Assembly (NCBI RefSeq): GCF_002571385.2
Contig: NW_019217789.1
Coordinates: 1,758,138 to 1,822,137 of the forward strand
From: Stylophora pistillata
Taxonomy: Eukaryota
Direction: 5' to 3'
Length of the DNA: 64,000 nt
Part shown: one piece after another, positions 61,643-64,000 of the stretch
Position numbering within the stretch: position 1 is the stretch's first letter
Layout: the number at the start of each line of letters is the position of its first letter
Made by a program: the position numbers and the translations under genes
Notes under the pieces: generated by a model
The model's database searches: none
What the model was told of the DNA's origin: nothing
What the model saw: the letters and a program-made list of their open reading frames with translations, nothing else

Positions 61643-63714
61643 TTAAGACTGCTTTTCATCTCTTGACTTCAACCCTAGGTCTTCTTCATCAGAAGTAGTT
61701 CCCTTATTTTCAATTCCTCCATCGATGACAGGTTCACCATCTCGCTGGGTACTGCCCTCTCCATTTTTACCAATTTGCTGAGCTCGAGTGCCATCCTCAG
61801 GGAGTCCCAATGCAGTCTTCTGGTGCGTAGGAATCTCCTCTCCATTCTCAACGGATGTTAGTTGTAAATCAATGCCAAATACATGGGAATCTTTGTGTTG
61901 CACCACTTCTCCAGTTATTTCTTCGGCTCCGTCCCCAATCGAGGAAGGTTCAACAGCATTGGGCTTCCAGCACATTAAAGACATGTAGACAGGCAAGATG
62001 CACAGTCCGTGAAGGAGACCAAGCACGACGATTCCGAAGAACATTCGGAAAAAAATCCGGAAGACTTCCGAAGATGCAAACGCGAGTATTACCATGCCAA
62101 GAAAAGTACTAAAACCTATTGGAAAAGAAAACAAAACGAAAACGCAGTTGAGTTTTTCAGTTGTAGAAAATCTATTAAAACTGCCGCATCAAGGCAAATG
62201 TCGGGAAAAAATCGTTAATTGATTACTAATAAATTTTGATACATAAGTTCTGTCAGCTCGTCAATTAAGCGAACGTGAGCACATATTCTCTTGTTCATGC
62301 TATCTTGTGGAAACACAAGTCTGAAATACATGTCCACTGTACTTAATCAACATAGGCACAACCAAGCATCAGTTCGTGGGGACGGGCGAAAAAGTGTACC
62401 CGATACCCATACTTTAAACAAAAATATATTTTCGCAAATTGTTAAGTTTTTTGTTCCCTATATTTGCTTCCTTTTGCAGTTTTTTATGAACCCTCAAATT
62501 TTTTTCTCGTAAATTTTGCGCGACACTGCCCACGCCTTACGTTTGATCGCTGTCTCCTCAACCACTTACCTCCCATGAGAACACTCGCACCCAGTGTACT
62601 TAGAGCTTCAACCACTCGCTCATTGGCTGTTGCTTTTTTGGATGTCACGTAAGCATGCGCGACGTGTGCACTATAATCAACTGCAAAACCGATGGCCATG
62701 ACAAGATTAACCATAGAGACTGTGTTTAGGGATACATTCCAAATGACCATCACACCAAATAACTCACATATCAAGGACGCAAAGTTAAGCACTACGAGGA
62801 GCGTCACGGTAAAGTCCACCAAAAAGGGGCTCGTAATGATTAGGACAGTAAGGCCCGCGATCAATAGGTTCCTTATAGTCTCCCTTGTCGTGATAGCGTA
62901 CTGTTCAATGAATATGAAATTCCGAGTGATTGGAAATGCATCTAGTTTCGACATTTCTGTTAGGTCTTCACGTAGCGTGAGCATTGCATCTTTTCGAAAG
63001 GTGGAGCTGGCAGAATCCTTCATAAAACTGAGTATGCGCGAAGCTTCCAACCTTGAGTTGTCCGCGGAGAAATATAAGTCTTGATTGAAATAAGAAAAGT
63101 CAGGGATATGGAGGAATGCTTTCAATTCAGGCAAAAACCATTGACCAGTTATGTTCTTGTTAGACTTTTTGGCATACTGTGCAAATGCATCCATCCACGA
63201 AAAAGACAAGTTCTTGTAGTACCTATTCTCCGTGACGATTGGCGTAAGTGCTCTAATTTGTTCCTGAGTGGAGCTTATTCCATAATCGACCCCACCAGTC
63301 TCCACGATGCTTACTGGAAGAGAAAGCTCAAAGTTATTTTGTTGGGCGGTCAAAAATCGCTTCAAGTAAGAACCGTCCTTTGCTAGGATTCTCCTATCAA
63401 ACTCCTCATCCACTTGACTGACTCCATAAATCCCAGCACCAAGAAGCAACAGCGAGAGAAATATGATTACAATTTTAGTAACCGGATGTGTCAAAAATTT
63501 GCCCCAGTACTCCATAGCACGATTCGACGTTTGTGGCACAGGCTCGTCCCAGGCTGGGGCACCCTCCTTTGGTGGAGGGGCATGGCAGAATGGTAAACAG
63601 TCCCTGCGCCCCGACTTGATGCGTCTTAGGTCGTATGACATGATGGCCACGAAGTAAGTGATAACCATGAGGAAAGAAAACGTCACCGTCAAAGCGGCGT
63701 AGACACAGAAATAC
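61643..63714 (-). CDS. Patched-domain/NPC1-like sterol-sensing RND protein, last two exons (5' part right of window)
   Basis: Exons 63714-62570 and 62115-61643. SSD end (FCVYAALTVTFSFLMVITYFVAIMSYDLRRIKSGRRDC), VSMVNLVMAIGFAVDYSAHVAHAY, GASVLMGG|FSTFLG, IFFRMFFGIVVLGLLHGL.LPV. Confidence 0.9.
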
Positions 63715-64000
63715 CTAAACAAAAGAAATCCTTTAGTTCGCAAACAATAATTATAAACTAAAACTGAGCCAAGCTCTAATAATATTCTAGCTCTAGTCTG
63801 TGTAGAGATCTCTTTGGGGGTTTTCTTGCGAGAGGTTGGGGAGAGAAAATTAATCGTTGGTCGAGCTGTAGGAGGATTGCTACGAAAGTTGACTATTTTC
63901 ACCTGTGTAGTTTATTACTTTTATCTTATTTGGCCAATCGATTACCAACGAGGCTTACAATAGAGAAACTTGAAATTCAATAATTTATTGTTTTCTTTTT

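Overview
AT-rich, intron-containing animal genomic DNA with four scaffold gaps. The repeat families and gene content suggest a cnidarian, probably a stony coral (inference). Spliced genes reconstructed by hand, left to right: prostanoid-receptor-like GPCR (-, 3' end off window); SLC16/MCT-like transporter (-); intronless PEX16 (-); two decayed secreted-protein genes (-; WSC-like repeats with an adjacent micro-exon array, and PAN-EGF-fibrinogen-like); intronless BTB-BACK-Kelch gene (+); MYCBP (-) head-to-head with a C5orf63-like glutaredoxin (+); two tandem Cu/Zn-SOD genes (-); macoilin (-); 3' end of a patched/NPC1-like gene (-). Many SINE, LINE, MITE and Penelope-like fragments lie between them. 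The main observation concerns the SOD pair. The upstream copy looks canonical. The downstream copy is an intact 5-exon gene that keeps every Zn ligand, the disulfide and the dimer-interface motifs, but has a rebuilt copper pocket (H48L, H120C, R143C, V118E, human numbering). It is a candidate pseudo-enzyme, SOD1 regulator or thiol-based metal/redox sensor. Other notable items: a U12-type intron and a hidden alternative C-terminus in MYCBP, and a hammerhead ribozyme in a Penelope-like fragment nested in a Kolobok-like element.
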